From Phoronis australis (taxonomy: Eukaryota; Animalia; Phoronida), in NCBI GenBank assembly GCA_002633005.1, contig NMRA01000016.1, positions 1,248,897-1,312,896 of the forward strand: a stretch of 64,000 nt of DNA, read 5' to 3'. Below are positions 51,539 to 62,879 of the stretch, piece by piece. The position numbers and the translations under genes were made by a program. Below the pieces are notes generated by a model. It saw only the letters and a program-made list of their open reading frames with translations. It made no database searches and was not told where the DNA came from. Each line of letters begins with the position of its first letter. Within the stretch, counting starts at the first letter, position 1.

Positions 51539-53405
51539 ATGCATATGTATATGTATGTATGTATGTATGTATGTATATATATTTGTCTGAGTATCTTATT
51601 ATTTTTACTCTCAGATACAAGACTTTCTGGCGCTTTGTACATTGCATTTTTGTAATAAACATTAAAAAGGGTTTCATAAACTTACGTTCACCCGTTGTTC
51701 CAGCTTGTAGATTCTCTCTGAAAATGGACATGAGCAGTTTTATTTATTTTATTCTTAAGTATTGTAAACTTACGTTCACTCGTTGTTCCAGCTTGTAGAT
51801 TCCCTCCGAATAATTGACACAGATAGTCTTTCAGTTTTAGATTAAACTTCCTTGTTTTTGTTTTTGTTTTTGTTTTTGCTTTTGTGTATTTTTGCGTACA
51901 TGCCAGTGTTGATTTTCCCAAGCAACCTCATGTGGCAGCTGCGATATCATGATATTTTGTGGTCCAACAAAGTGGTTTCTTAAGCACGAATTTATGTTAA
52001 ATATAGTATGTCTCATTACAACCGTGAATATTTAAATTTGTAGCAAACGCCACCTAGTGACTTCCTGGAGAGCTGTGTGTACAAGTATAATCGGCAAAAA
52101 AAAACAATTTGTGAATAAATTGCGGGATTTTAAAGAAAACACCGCAACTGACAAACTCAATAACAAATGTGAAGATATAAATATCCTAGCAATCCTAAAT
52201 ATTACGCAATCGTTATTTACAAATAATAAAAAACTGTTCCTTGTTTCATTATGGTAGCCATGAAATATTACCATACTCATTTACATAAAAATAGTCTCGC
52301 AAAACGACTTTTTCATGTAACTGGTGACTGGTCTTCTGATGGTTTCCAACACAATAATACTTCATTTGAATTCGTGTGTTCAGGAAACTATGGATCTTTA
52401 ACGTCTCCACATTTACATCAGCGTCAGTTATATAAACATTGTAGTTCTACATGAATGGTTATGAACATTCTTAGGATAAATCAGTTCTGTTAATAGCCAT
52501 GTGACAGATTCTGGTCACGAGATGGATTTTGACAACGTTAGAATTTTATATCACGATGCATGTAAATTTCGTCTGTTTGTAAGAGAAAATTTTAAAATTA
52601 TAGAACAAAACCTCAGCTCAGTAGAATGTAGTCGCCCTATGACATCCGCCTATTCACATAGTCTCTGTTATTTTCCCGCCATCTGTTTTGCACGTTGTGC
52701 GTATTCATTCTCTTGAAAATACAGCTCAGTGAAACGTCGAGTACTTGTCATGAAGATAGAATTTTATAAAACTTTGATCGTCGATTTTATCCTAACGTGA
52801 ATGGTATTACCTTTCCGTTCTGATCTCAAATTTAACTTACAGAAAACGTGCGCCGATTATTTAACATTATACCAGAAGGCAGGTTATTATATCGTGTAAA
52901 AAGGTTAATTTCATAGAATTGGTTATCAAATAATAACTTTAGGAATAAATGCAAAATAAAACCCTTGTCTTGTTCACACCTTATACCATTGCCATCTTCT
53001 CAAAGCAAATAGGGTTTCGGTTATTTTAAGTTGTAGCCTAATGAGACACAAACGATGCTATATTTCCATATAATTTCGTCATTCATCCGATTATAATTTC
53101 AACTGCATTTTATTCCTTGCATAATGAGGCCACCATTGAACGTTTTCTCAACAGTTATTCTCTGGCACGTTTAGTGGGGAAGATCATAAAGACCTTGGAT
53201 ATGCGTCACACATAATAATTATCGTTAATAATTATAGAAGTTCATAATTACTACAGTAACGGACATTTGTGTGTATTCAATATGACAAAGATATCAACGA
53301 CTAACCTCCAACTCCGCAGCAACAACCTTCGGCGTTGGCGAATTTTGAATCCACAATCAGCAGTGCGAGAACGACCGCACTAAAAAGTTTAAACCAACAA
53401 CCCAT
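48925..53405 (-). CDS. CTHRC1-like: CTHRC1-C-domain protein paralog C (6 exons, 190 aa)
   Basis: Exons 53405-53306 ([33 protein letters not shown]), 51717-51686, 51110-51082 (ELNNRISQL), 50703-50640 ([21 protein letters not shown]), 49948-49741, 49064-48925 ([45 protein letters not shown]). All introns are GT-AG and the 573 nt are open. Confidence 0.9.
49741..49948 (-). CDS. Paralog C exon 5 (core of CTHRC1 C-domain)
   Basis: ORF 49670..49945 with [13 protein letters not shown]; splice sites as in paralog A. Confidence 0.92.
51470..51582. repeat. (TA)n/(TATG)n microsatellite, intron 2 of C
   Basis: Direct observation. Confidence 0.9.
52462..52790 (+). mobile_element. 3' fragment of a Penelope-like (GIY-YIG) retroelement in intron 1 of C
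   Basis: [34 protein letters not shown] resembles the C-terminal GIY-YIG segment (H...GH.IDF.N..IL......RL..E...I); tail cttgaaaa...gaaacgtcg; flanked by ac(a/g)tgaatggt duplication; empty site in A (~20208). Confidence 0.65.
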
Positions 53406-53444
53406 TTTGGCAAAGGATGCTGAAATAATTCAAACAAAAATGCC

Positions 53445-53650
53445 ACAGTTATATATATATGTAGGCTATCATTAGGTGTCCTATAAACCAAATTTCATAT
53501 TGCAGTTATGGTGAAATGCGTTGCTCCAATGAAACCTTCTTCAGCTATTACCGATGCCGATGATTGGTCGACGGTAAATTGCGAATTACGCCTCCTTGCT
53601 GAAACGCCCATGCCAGTACACCGCTCACCTGAGTCACCGCCCCATATATA
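53445..53650 (-). promoter_or_regulatory. Proximal promoter of paralog C (TATA, CCAAT, AP-1-like, GC box)
   Basis: TATATAA ~53449-53455, CCAAT 53563-53567, TGAGTCA 53630-53636 followed by CCGCCC. Confidence 0.55.
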
Positions 53651-53787
53651 ACCTGCACTAGGCGCATTCATTAACACGAACCTGTCATGCTTGAACACGT
53701 CTTCCTTTTTAGCTGTGTTTGCTGCTAAAGCTACTGGTACTGTCCTATTAAGTACCGCTGTTACTGCTAGGCTTTTAATTCTAGGGT

Positions 53788-54132
53788 TACTACTATCGTA
53801 ATGCTATTGCTATTGTTGGTGTTAAAACTGCTACTGCTGTTGTTTCTGTTACTGCTATTGCTACCGCTGCTGTTACTGCTATTGCTAGTTATAACACTGC
53901 TGCAATTGCTGTTGTTGCTGCCGCTGCTACCGCACATAACACTGCTACTGTCAGTGTTAAAACTGCTGTGGCTGCCATTGTTACTGGTATAGTTTCTGTT
54001 AAATCTGGTGCCACTGCTGTTGCTATTGCAACTGCTGCTGGTGCTTCTGCTGTTTCAACTAGCACTACTATGACCACCACGTCCATTATTAATACTCCTA
54101 GTACTCACCCTCTTCCTCTAACTGCTGCTGCC
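53788..54132. repeat. Degenerate (CTG/CTA/TTG)n trinucleotide array upstream of paralog C
   Basis: Direct observation; absent at the homologous position in A (~21150). Confidence 0.85.
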
Positions 54133-54954
54133 GCAAGAGTGCGCAAAACTAAGAAAGGAGAAGCGTGACATACAAATAACACCAAGTTAAATTGACTGAA
54201 CAGCAGAAAGTTTGACGAAACTACGTACGTCACAAAATTTACTGTTGTGAAAACAACTGCAAGTAACATACTTTAACATAAAAAATGTGTTTTAAAAACA
54301 TTCGCTAATGCTTGTATTGTATCAACTGAATTTCAACAGAATTGGAACGTTGAAGATTTATGCAGTGCAAGTTTCATTGTTTCATAATTTAGCATGTTAA
54401 TGAATTTGACTTTGTGTACCGTCTTGATTTGTAAGCATGAGATTGGCTAAAGAGGCAGTATTCAGCGCCACCTCTTGCTGAATAATACTATATTAGGGGC
54501 GCATAAGAATCAGATTTTTACAAAAAACGTGCAACATGAAAAGCGGGGACTTTTCGAATATCAAATGCTTGAAGCTATACTCGCCGCATAAGAAAAATGA
54601 AGCTGCACCCTGACATGGTCATAGGATAGACTGGCGCTATGACCCACGGCCAAGTAGGACCATACGGCAATACAAAATGCTAGACAAAAAACTCTGAAAT
54701 GTGAATACCGGAAAATGATTTTTGGGACTGAATTGCAAGGCACAGATGTAACCAAAAATGACACCGTTGATTGCACAGAAGACTCACTTAAAGTCTACTC
54801 GTGCTCCACCTGGTGACCACTTCTCATTAAACTACTGCATCCTATGTTGAAATTGACCAATTTCCACTGTAAAAATAGAGAATTCCTACTTTAATTGCTC
54901 TGCACTTTGGCGCTTTTGGTCGCTTTTCATCCGTCAATGTACATGTATCGCTTA

Positions 54955-55686
54955 TTATCCCATACGCGTTGAATCTGTCGAGTGCAATACGGCCATGTAA
55001 TCATGTTTTTGCGTATTCACCTCCAGCACTACTTCAACAGTGACCTCTGACATGGAAAGTTCAAAAGGTAGGTCAATGTCGACTCGACATCGTTAGCCGG
55101 TTCGATCATCAAACTTTCCGAATATATAGTTTAAAGTTACATAGTTGCAGCAGTATAAATAAAAGTCAACATGCAATCAGGCCCTGATACAAAACTGTTA
55201 ATATGACACTTAATTCTGTCTGAGTTTTCAATTGCTAAATATTATATCGTCTGTAACTCAGGCGCCGATTCCTCGGTAACAACGTACAATATCAAATATT
55301 GTTGATATTTAACTACTTTCAGGAGATGTTTCAAGTTCAATGCATGGTTACTGTTGTTTTAATTTTTGTTATCTCTTTTCAAGTAATAAATTGTTACATT
55401 TTAAACTGTTTCTTTTACTAGAGAAAACTTGCAACCTAACGGATAAGTACATGCATATAGGATGTGATCCGCCACGTGAACAGTCTGAGTGAAGTGTTTA
55501 AAAAAATTCGTAAAAGTGAAAGAAACTTTAGAATTCGAAGCGTTTGGGATAAATACAAAACGTAGCGCGCTTGGCGTAGATGAAGTAATATCCCACGAAA
55601 CATAATTCCGCGTATTGACGGAGACCGATACGATGTGTCGAGTGGGGTATTACTTCATCAACGCCACTCTCGGTATGTTTTGTGCA
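54955..55686 (+). mobile_element. ~730-bp element with asymmetric inverted repeats and a subterminal hairpin (Helentron/HINE-like)
   Basis: Terminal ttatcccatacgcgttgaat is inverse to subterminal attcgaagcgtttgggataa (~55533-55552); ~25-bp stem 55573-55598/55638-55665; empty site in A at ~21430. Confidence 0.5.
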
Positions 55687-58600
55687 TATATTCAGTTTAA
55701 ACTGCGCTGAAGATCTAATATTTTAGATATGTCACGTGCTGCCATATTAAGAAAAACTCACGTTAACTTGCCATTCGTTTTTTTTTGAAAACCCTAACAA
55801 GTGGTTTTCCTTTCACCTTAACACTCCTTCAGCAACTAGACCAATAAATCATGAATGACTTGTCAACTTTAATGGCCTACGTGAGGTAAATGCTCTGATA
55901 ACAACACATTTTAACAACGGTGCAGTTCGTGACTAAGTCGTCGCGCATCATTACCAGTTACACCGTAAACAGGAGATGGGTGAGTTCAAAGCCTCGACCT
56001 TTCCTAGCGTTTTGACAAATAATATCGTAATAATGAAGACGAAAGGTGATTTTGTCACGACGAAACTCATCACGTGTCACCAGACAGGTGCGAAGAATCA
56101 TGTCGATCACCATTTGATCTAATCATGATAGCTCACCGGTAAGCGACACTCACACCGCTGAGAGAAAAGTCTCCCTTGAACGGTAGGGGTCACACATTTT
56201 TAGAAAGTTAGCTTTTAACTGCCATTCCAAGAAAGCACCAAAACGTTGACTCCAGGGTCATCGACCCAGATCTTGAAAAAGTGTGTGTTCCTACATCCTG
56301 GTGAGAGATTTTTGGGTCATTAATTTAATTTAGAGCATCATGAATATTTTTACCCAAAATAACCCATTTTCTGTTCAAAAGGGTTCATTTAGTGAAGTAG
56401 TTTTAAAACGGCTTTAAACAACAGGAATGAAAAGATCTTCATGATTTTTATGTAGATCCGAACTTCTCTATCAGAAGACAGTCTTTGCATTTTCAATAGG
56501 ATTTCCGTTAAGCTTCACTGGATCGCCAAAATACAGTAAATTTAATCCAATTTTGTGCTCTTCTTTTTTAGCCATGCTGAGGTGCTCTGGGGGCCAGTTT
56601 GCGGAGTGCTGTTGATTTCTAATAATATTTTCTATTAATTTGTTGTCTTACTAGGAAAATAAATAAATAACAAATGGGCTTTTTGTTTGTTTTCAAGCAA
56701 CAGCCGATAGACAGGATATACCATAAAGTCTTTACAGTCCTTGACTACGAGCAGTATGCAGCTGTATCTCGTAAACCTTACCAAGGGGCTTCGTTAATTT
56801 TTGTAAACATGTCGTCAATTTTTAAATAATGTGATTACTGCTGGTCCCCTGGTGGAAGTTTCTATAACTTGATTTCTTTGGTGAAATTTCATGAAACTTG
56901 TCCAAAGTGTTTCTATCCAGGAATCAGTGGCACATACATGTTTTCGAACGATTCTAACCTGTGCTGCCCTACCAGTGACAGTGCCCCTCCCCCCCTACCT
57001 TCAGTTGCAAACTGATGCTGTGTCCTGGTAACATTTTCCTTATTACCTGACAATCATCAATCATTGCATATCATTTTTAGTCATTTCAATCCGAGTCTCG
57101 TCACTTCTACGTGATGCTAACCGTTTAATTGTTTCCACCCAAAAATAATTTTGTGACTTGTTGTCACACTCCCTTGAGAGATAAAAATGACAATTCTTAA
57201 TCAAAAATAGTGGACGCACGGACTTCAAATTTTCATGTTAGCTGACGGTTTACATCTAGCAATGAAAACCTGAAGTAAACTAAGTGCAAAATTGATATGT
57301 AGGCCAAGGTGATCCCAATAAGCTTTTCTACAATTAGTAACATAGGAAGTACTTTAGGAACTTTCAGCAATGCAGGCAGAACTAAAATCAGTTTAGTGTG
57401 AATTTAAAGCGGATTTACATAACTGTTACCAAGGCGACTGGGTACCTTAAATTGAATTTGACAGGCGTTGTATTAAAAATTATGAAGCTGAGAGGCAGAA
57501 GAATTCGAGTAAGCTTCACACTTTACAATCCAAAAGTAGCCTATTTCTGTCAATCAATTGAAATTTTCCACAATTGTTTGCTTTGATATAACCCGACGCA
57601 GCCCAACGTACATGTAAGCATTTTAACTACTCAACTGCTCAATAAGTTACGTATGCGTGACTAAATTGTGGTGAAAACTCTTGAATTGTACAGAATGGCA
57701 GGTAAGGGTATGTATAATTAAATTTTATTGATACAATATTTGTGGAAGTAATTTTTAAGCGCTTTTAAACTCGTAGCCTATGCCACTTTCGTCCAAGACG
57801 AACAATCCGATCAAAAAACGAGACAAAATTTGACACAAAAATAGAGATCATAACTGTTCAACGCACCGTGCGACTTTAATAACTTTTCTTCATTTTGTAT
57901 TTCAGAAATCGATTCCTTTTTCTGTGATTTAGGCTTTTGTCTTCAAAGTCAAAAAATAATTTTCGATTCGTCTGCACCCTTAATTTAAAAGAATTGGTTA
58001 TCAATAAAAACATAAACCGCCTTTCAATAGTGCACAAATCCGAATACTTCATTAAAAATCACATGAAACATTCATATCAGCCTTAAAATTATTTCTAAGG
58101 GCGTCAACCGTTTTGGGTAGTGGCACCAGGCAAAAATATCATCACTTGTGCCGACGTCATCTCTGACCCACAGCAAGTTACGGCTACATGGCCAAGTGCG
58201 AAATGGCGTGACGAGTAATATATATAATTGCAAATTCGACGAAATGCACCATCGAGTTGGACTTGTGTCATGACCATTTATTAGCACAATTTGATGAACG
58301 TTCTTTATGGAGATGTATTGGCAAGTTCTGGGTCATGGCTCTATAGACAAAAGTGATGTTGCGTACCAGTGGGGTACAGGGTACCACGAAACAACAATTA
58401 GCATTTAGGTACCAGAAAGTATGCATACGATGCTGGTGAGTACCAGATTGGTATACGATACCAGCTGGGAATTAGCCGATTGCCTGCATGATGTGTTCGA
58501 GCAAAACGGCAAATATAACTTGAAGTACCAGATGGGTACCCAAACTGCCAAACGGGCTAAAATGTATTATTCAGTACCAGATATTTAGGATTGTATCTTT

Positions 58601-60922
58601 TCTCGAGCGAAATTTCCACAATACAGTGTGCTACAAAAAACGGTATTTTTGTGCAACTGGACGAAAAAATAGTGAATAATTCTTGTCTGCTGTGATTTTA
58701 GAAATCAAATTTATTAAAGTATGCCATAAATATTCTATAGTATTTATTTACTTCTACTGCATTTAGAAATTAAAATTCGATAACACATTAGTCACGGGAT
58801 AAAAATCGCATACGAATTCATTAACACAATCAGTACTCACTGTATGAATGTTGGGTCAAGTTAAAAATCCAAAGGGACAGAGGTCGGGAGAGAGGGCATT
58901 ACCAGCAATTCGTAAACTAGGTCATCCGCCAGGTTCTCTGCGTAAACTAGGTCATCGCTTAGGGACAAGTTAGCGCTTCACTCTCCGCGTGTCTACTGGA
59001 GAGAAGCACCCAGGAAGGTTCTACATTTTGTAGCCCAAAATTACCAAAGTTCAAATATATTGAAAAGGAAAGACAAAACATAGCATTACAGATGTCTGGC
59101 CAATATCATGAGTCACTACTCGTAAGCAAATCAAAGCTGTCCTTACTCGTTGCCTTATCTCGCACTACCCGTCAATCGACTAGTTTTCAGTTCGCAATNA
59201 TGTGCGGGCTCGTGTAGTGTTTTTGTTGACGTAATCTTAGACAGCGTTTTGTGAATACTTCGCGCACCAATTAACCTTAGAAAATACTTGCCAGAATACT
59301 TCCGTTGTGCTAAAACAACGTGAACATATGAGGCGGAAATTTCATTTTACCTCCACGCACGTATACGAATTGCTTTCAGTTACTACAAGAGGAAGTCGAA
59401 GATTGTTTACAACACGAAAATTTCGTATGAAATTCCAGGAGATTGTTTTTAAAATACATCTTTTAACTGGAGTTGTTTCCATACGATAGGGCTCCCCCCC
59501 CCCACGTACACGACCGGGATACAAGAAGAACGACTCAGACTCTTTTCCTACTGCACGTTTTCTCAACATGATTTTGCGTCCACACAAAGACACTTGGGCC
59601 TTTTCCGGAAAACGTATGGGATTTTGGGGAAAGTTCTATTGCTTACCATAGGTCCCTCATTAGGTATAATGCTTTAAAAGGAGTGTAAGGATGCACTTGA
59701 GATAAGAAAATTCATCTCATTGATGGTGATCTTAAGTTTGGTTGACTTGAAATACCAGTAAAGATTTACTTTAACCTCTGCGTTGATAAGTCATCGATAT
59801 ATTTTTAATATTTAAACAGTCTTTTTGAAGACAAAATTGAAAAAAAAATATTTTGACACATTTTTCCATACCTTTGTCTCGCGCCAGAAATGCAAAACGA
59901 TCCCGAATGTGGGGGGTTTTTCGGTCCTTGTTTCCGAAAGAGCCCCCATGCGGGGCTTAATGTTGGTGGAAATCTCCAAATACAAAGTTTTGTGACCTGT
60001 CTAGTCAAGTAATCAGGATGAACTTGCGTCTTTATATTATGAAGAAAATACCTATTTAAGCTCCAAAATGACATATGACGTCGACAAAAGGCAACCTTGC
60101 TGCCTGTTTTGCCCTGCATGCAAATGAAATGAATTTAGATAACCGCCCAGGATATTTAGGTGACCAATCTGAGCAGTAAAATAAAATTTATTATAATGTT
60201 AATGTGAATCGTGGGCACTGGGTTCATGGCAGACACGCTTCGTTGTTTTGAACTAACCTGGATATTTTAAAAAGTTATTCATAACCATGTGGGGCGTACA
60301 TAAAATTACACTTCAACGCATTTCAATGTGATATATGTAATATTTTTTAACGCAAGTTATGCACCATAGCAACGACTTTTAATACCTGGACTACTCGACT
60401 ATTTTTAGGGGACGGGTGGCTTTGAGAACGTAGGATACACTCGCCTGTGGAGGGGCGGGAAGGAGGGAGGGGGGTGTAGGAGGGAGGGAGGGATGGAGGG
60501 GAGGAAGGGAGGGACGGAGAGAAGCAGGGAGGCAAACAAGATTTTCTCTGCTCTGTGACGTCATTGTGATATTTCTAGCTGCAATTCATCTGCAATGTGT
60601 TTCAAAACATATAACGTGCCGTTCGTTTATTATATATGTTGGAAACTTCAGTAGTGTGCTTTGATCAAGATAAGGTGGTATCTAGTTATGTTTCCAAGAA
60701 CTTAAAATAATCCAAACTTTTTATACCATTGTCTTTTATTCTGATTTTGGATTGATAATGTCGCTTATATTTTAACGGAGTTAGTGAAAAACACGTTGTT
60801 TTTATCGTGTTAAGACAAAAACAATTAGTAGATGCTTTACGACGCTTTATTTATCGGGACAGTGTGGACGTCTGTGCATGCGTGAAGGGATAGCGCCATG
60901 CCTATGTTATCCGCACACATTG

Positions 60923-61100
60923 CATGCGCGCACCCAGCTTAAAATATAGGGGGGCTCGAATTTTTCAGTATGTGGACCTTTTACGAATTGTGCATTTGCG
61001 CCGAATTCCTGAGAACTTTTGTCTCGTTTTCTCGGACTTTTTCTTTCTCTGAGGCGGGGGGGGGGGCNNGCTTGTTCGAGCCCCCCTCAGTGCGCGCATG
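60923..61100. mobile_element. MITE with CATGCGCGCAC TIRs and 5-bp TSD CATTG
   Basis: catgcgcgcac...ggggggctcgaa / ttcgagcccccc...gtgcgcgcatg; cattg at 60918-60922 and 61101-61105. Confidence 0.7.
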
Positions 61101-62879
61101 CATTGACAATCTTACATCAGGTGAAAATGATAAACAAACCAATGTCCCTTAAAATGTAAACTCCGCTGGCTTTTTAACATCGCTTTTTGCCGGTTCACTA
61201 CGACAAACGTTTTACGTCAAATACCTCACGCGCTATTGGGGGGTTATGTTATTTTAATTAAGTTTATGGATGACTGCTTCAAGATTCATACTTATGCAAC
61301 TTCCACACCGAGTTTGTCCCTGCCCCACCAGACACCGCTCGACGTCCAGCCTTCGTTACATTTGATAATGACGTAGTTGCCATGACTTTCACGCAGCCCT
61401 AAGGTTAGGCAACAGTAATAAAACTAAAGAACTATAATCGCTGGTGTTTAACAACAAAGGAAATCCTATGCGCGAATCTGATGCTAATAAATATAAAGAA
61501 ATATAAAACAAATAATTGTTGATTTGTTTCGGGTTTATATAAGTTGAAATCGAAGGCAGAGCTCAGTAATGTCTTGAAAATATGCACCATTGTCAGTAAT
61601 TTCCTCGTTTTTTAGTTTCAAGTCAAAATTGCCGGCGTACACGCGAATTTACTCCACCAGACGACAGCACGCCAACCATGAAATACTACCTGTACTATAG
61701 TATACGAATTGGCTCTACTTTCCTTCCTTCACGGGTTGAGTTGTAGAAGATACATCGCCAGACGTACGCCGAGAGATGGTCATGTAACGGGAATGCTCAA
61801 TTATTTTTGATGTATAAAATGCTAAATCATAGGTATGGAAACAGAAACCTGTGGATACTAGAATGGATATACCTGTAAATACACTGTTAAAGTTACAATT
61901 TGTCCTAAAGATGCAAATTATTGATCCCCTAACGAAAAAGTTGTGACTCTTTAACGTGCGATTCGTCAAGTAAATTGCATTAATAATAAGGTTGCATTCA
62001 ATTTAATTGTGAAAGATCGAAGAACATCAAATACAAAAGTATATTGAGAGGTTTGTCCATATTTGTTGGACTTTCTGGTTTTCAGTATACTTTCACTCAA
62101 AAGTTATCACCAGCTCCCGGCGACAACAATCGGTTGGCAAGTTACCGTACTTTAGGGTGGGGTTGGTGGACCAATTAACAGAGTTGTTGCTTGTTCTTTT
62201 CACTGTTCATCAACATTTGTTATTTTCATTTCCTTGTCTTCAGGCTTGCATTCTCTAGGATGCAACAATTCTTCCGTCGCCATATTTTTGTTTTGTTTAG
62301 CAAAACCTCACCAGCAAGCTCTAATAGCGTTTGCTGTAAATTTGTATTGTCATCAATGTAGTTCTATTCCTTGACATGAATGTTGTTAAAATGCAATAAT
62401 CTTTGACTATGCGGAAAGCTTTGCACGAAAAAAATAACAACACCTTTAAACTCATTTTTAACGAAACAACGAAAACGTGAGTCGGATTTTTTTTGAGAGT
62501 ATTAGAAATACTTAAGTGACCAATGTCCCTTCCACCACATGTTTACATGCTTTCATAGTTTGAATTGAGTTTCACAGTAATAAAAATCAAATTTTGGTAC
62601 GAAATGAAGTGCAAACTGGGGTTAATCAAAAACAGCTTGTTGCGAGAACGAACGGCAGGAGTGGATAAACAAGGATGCTAAACATTATGTTTACGCATGT
62701 CGACAATAAAAACTCCATGAATTATAATCATTTGTCGATAAACGGTTCAGCCATTTTATTGCATTTCCTCGGTCTGCTGATCATAGGGTTATGGGAAGAC
62801 TGTCAATGTTGCTGTTTTTTTTAAATATGTGTGTCGATAGCAGCTGATGAGCGTGTAGTGTTGAGGTTTAAATTATTCC

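Larger units (their letters stand above)
39100..58170. repeat. Segmental-duplication unit C (carries paralog C)
   Basis: Collinear with unit A, interrupted by different transposon insertions. Confidence 0.85.

Noticed and set aside
51386-51798. IY/HT-repeat ORFs
   Set aside because: Translations of the (TA)n/(TATG)n microsatellite.
13509-53405. A and C as two alleles of one gene
   Set aside because: Intron and flank divergence and multiple unit-specific TE insertions are far greater than between the N-joined haplotype duplicates in the same window.
53801-54168. Leu-rich / Ala-Thr-rich ORFs (signal-peptide- or antifreeze-like)
   Set aside because: Simple trinucleotide array absent from the homologous unit; no splice or promoter support.
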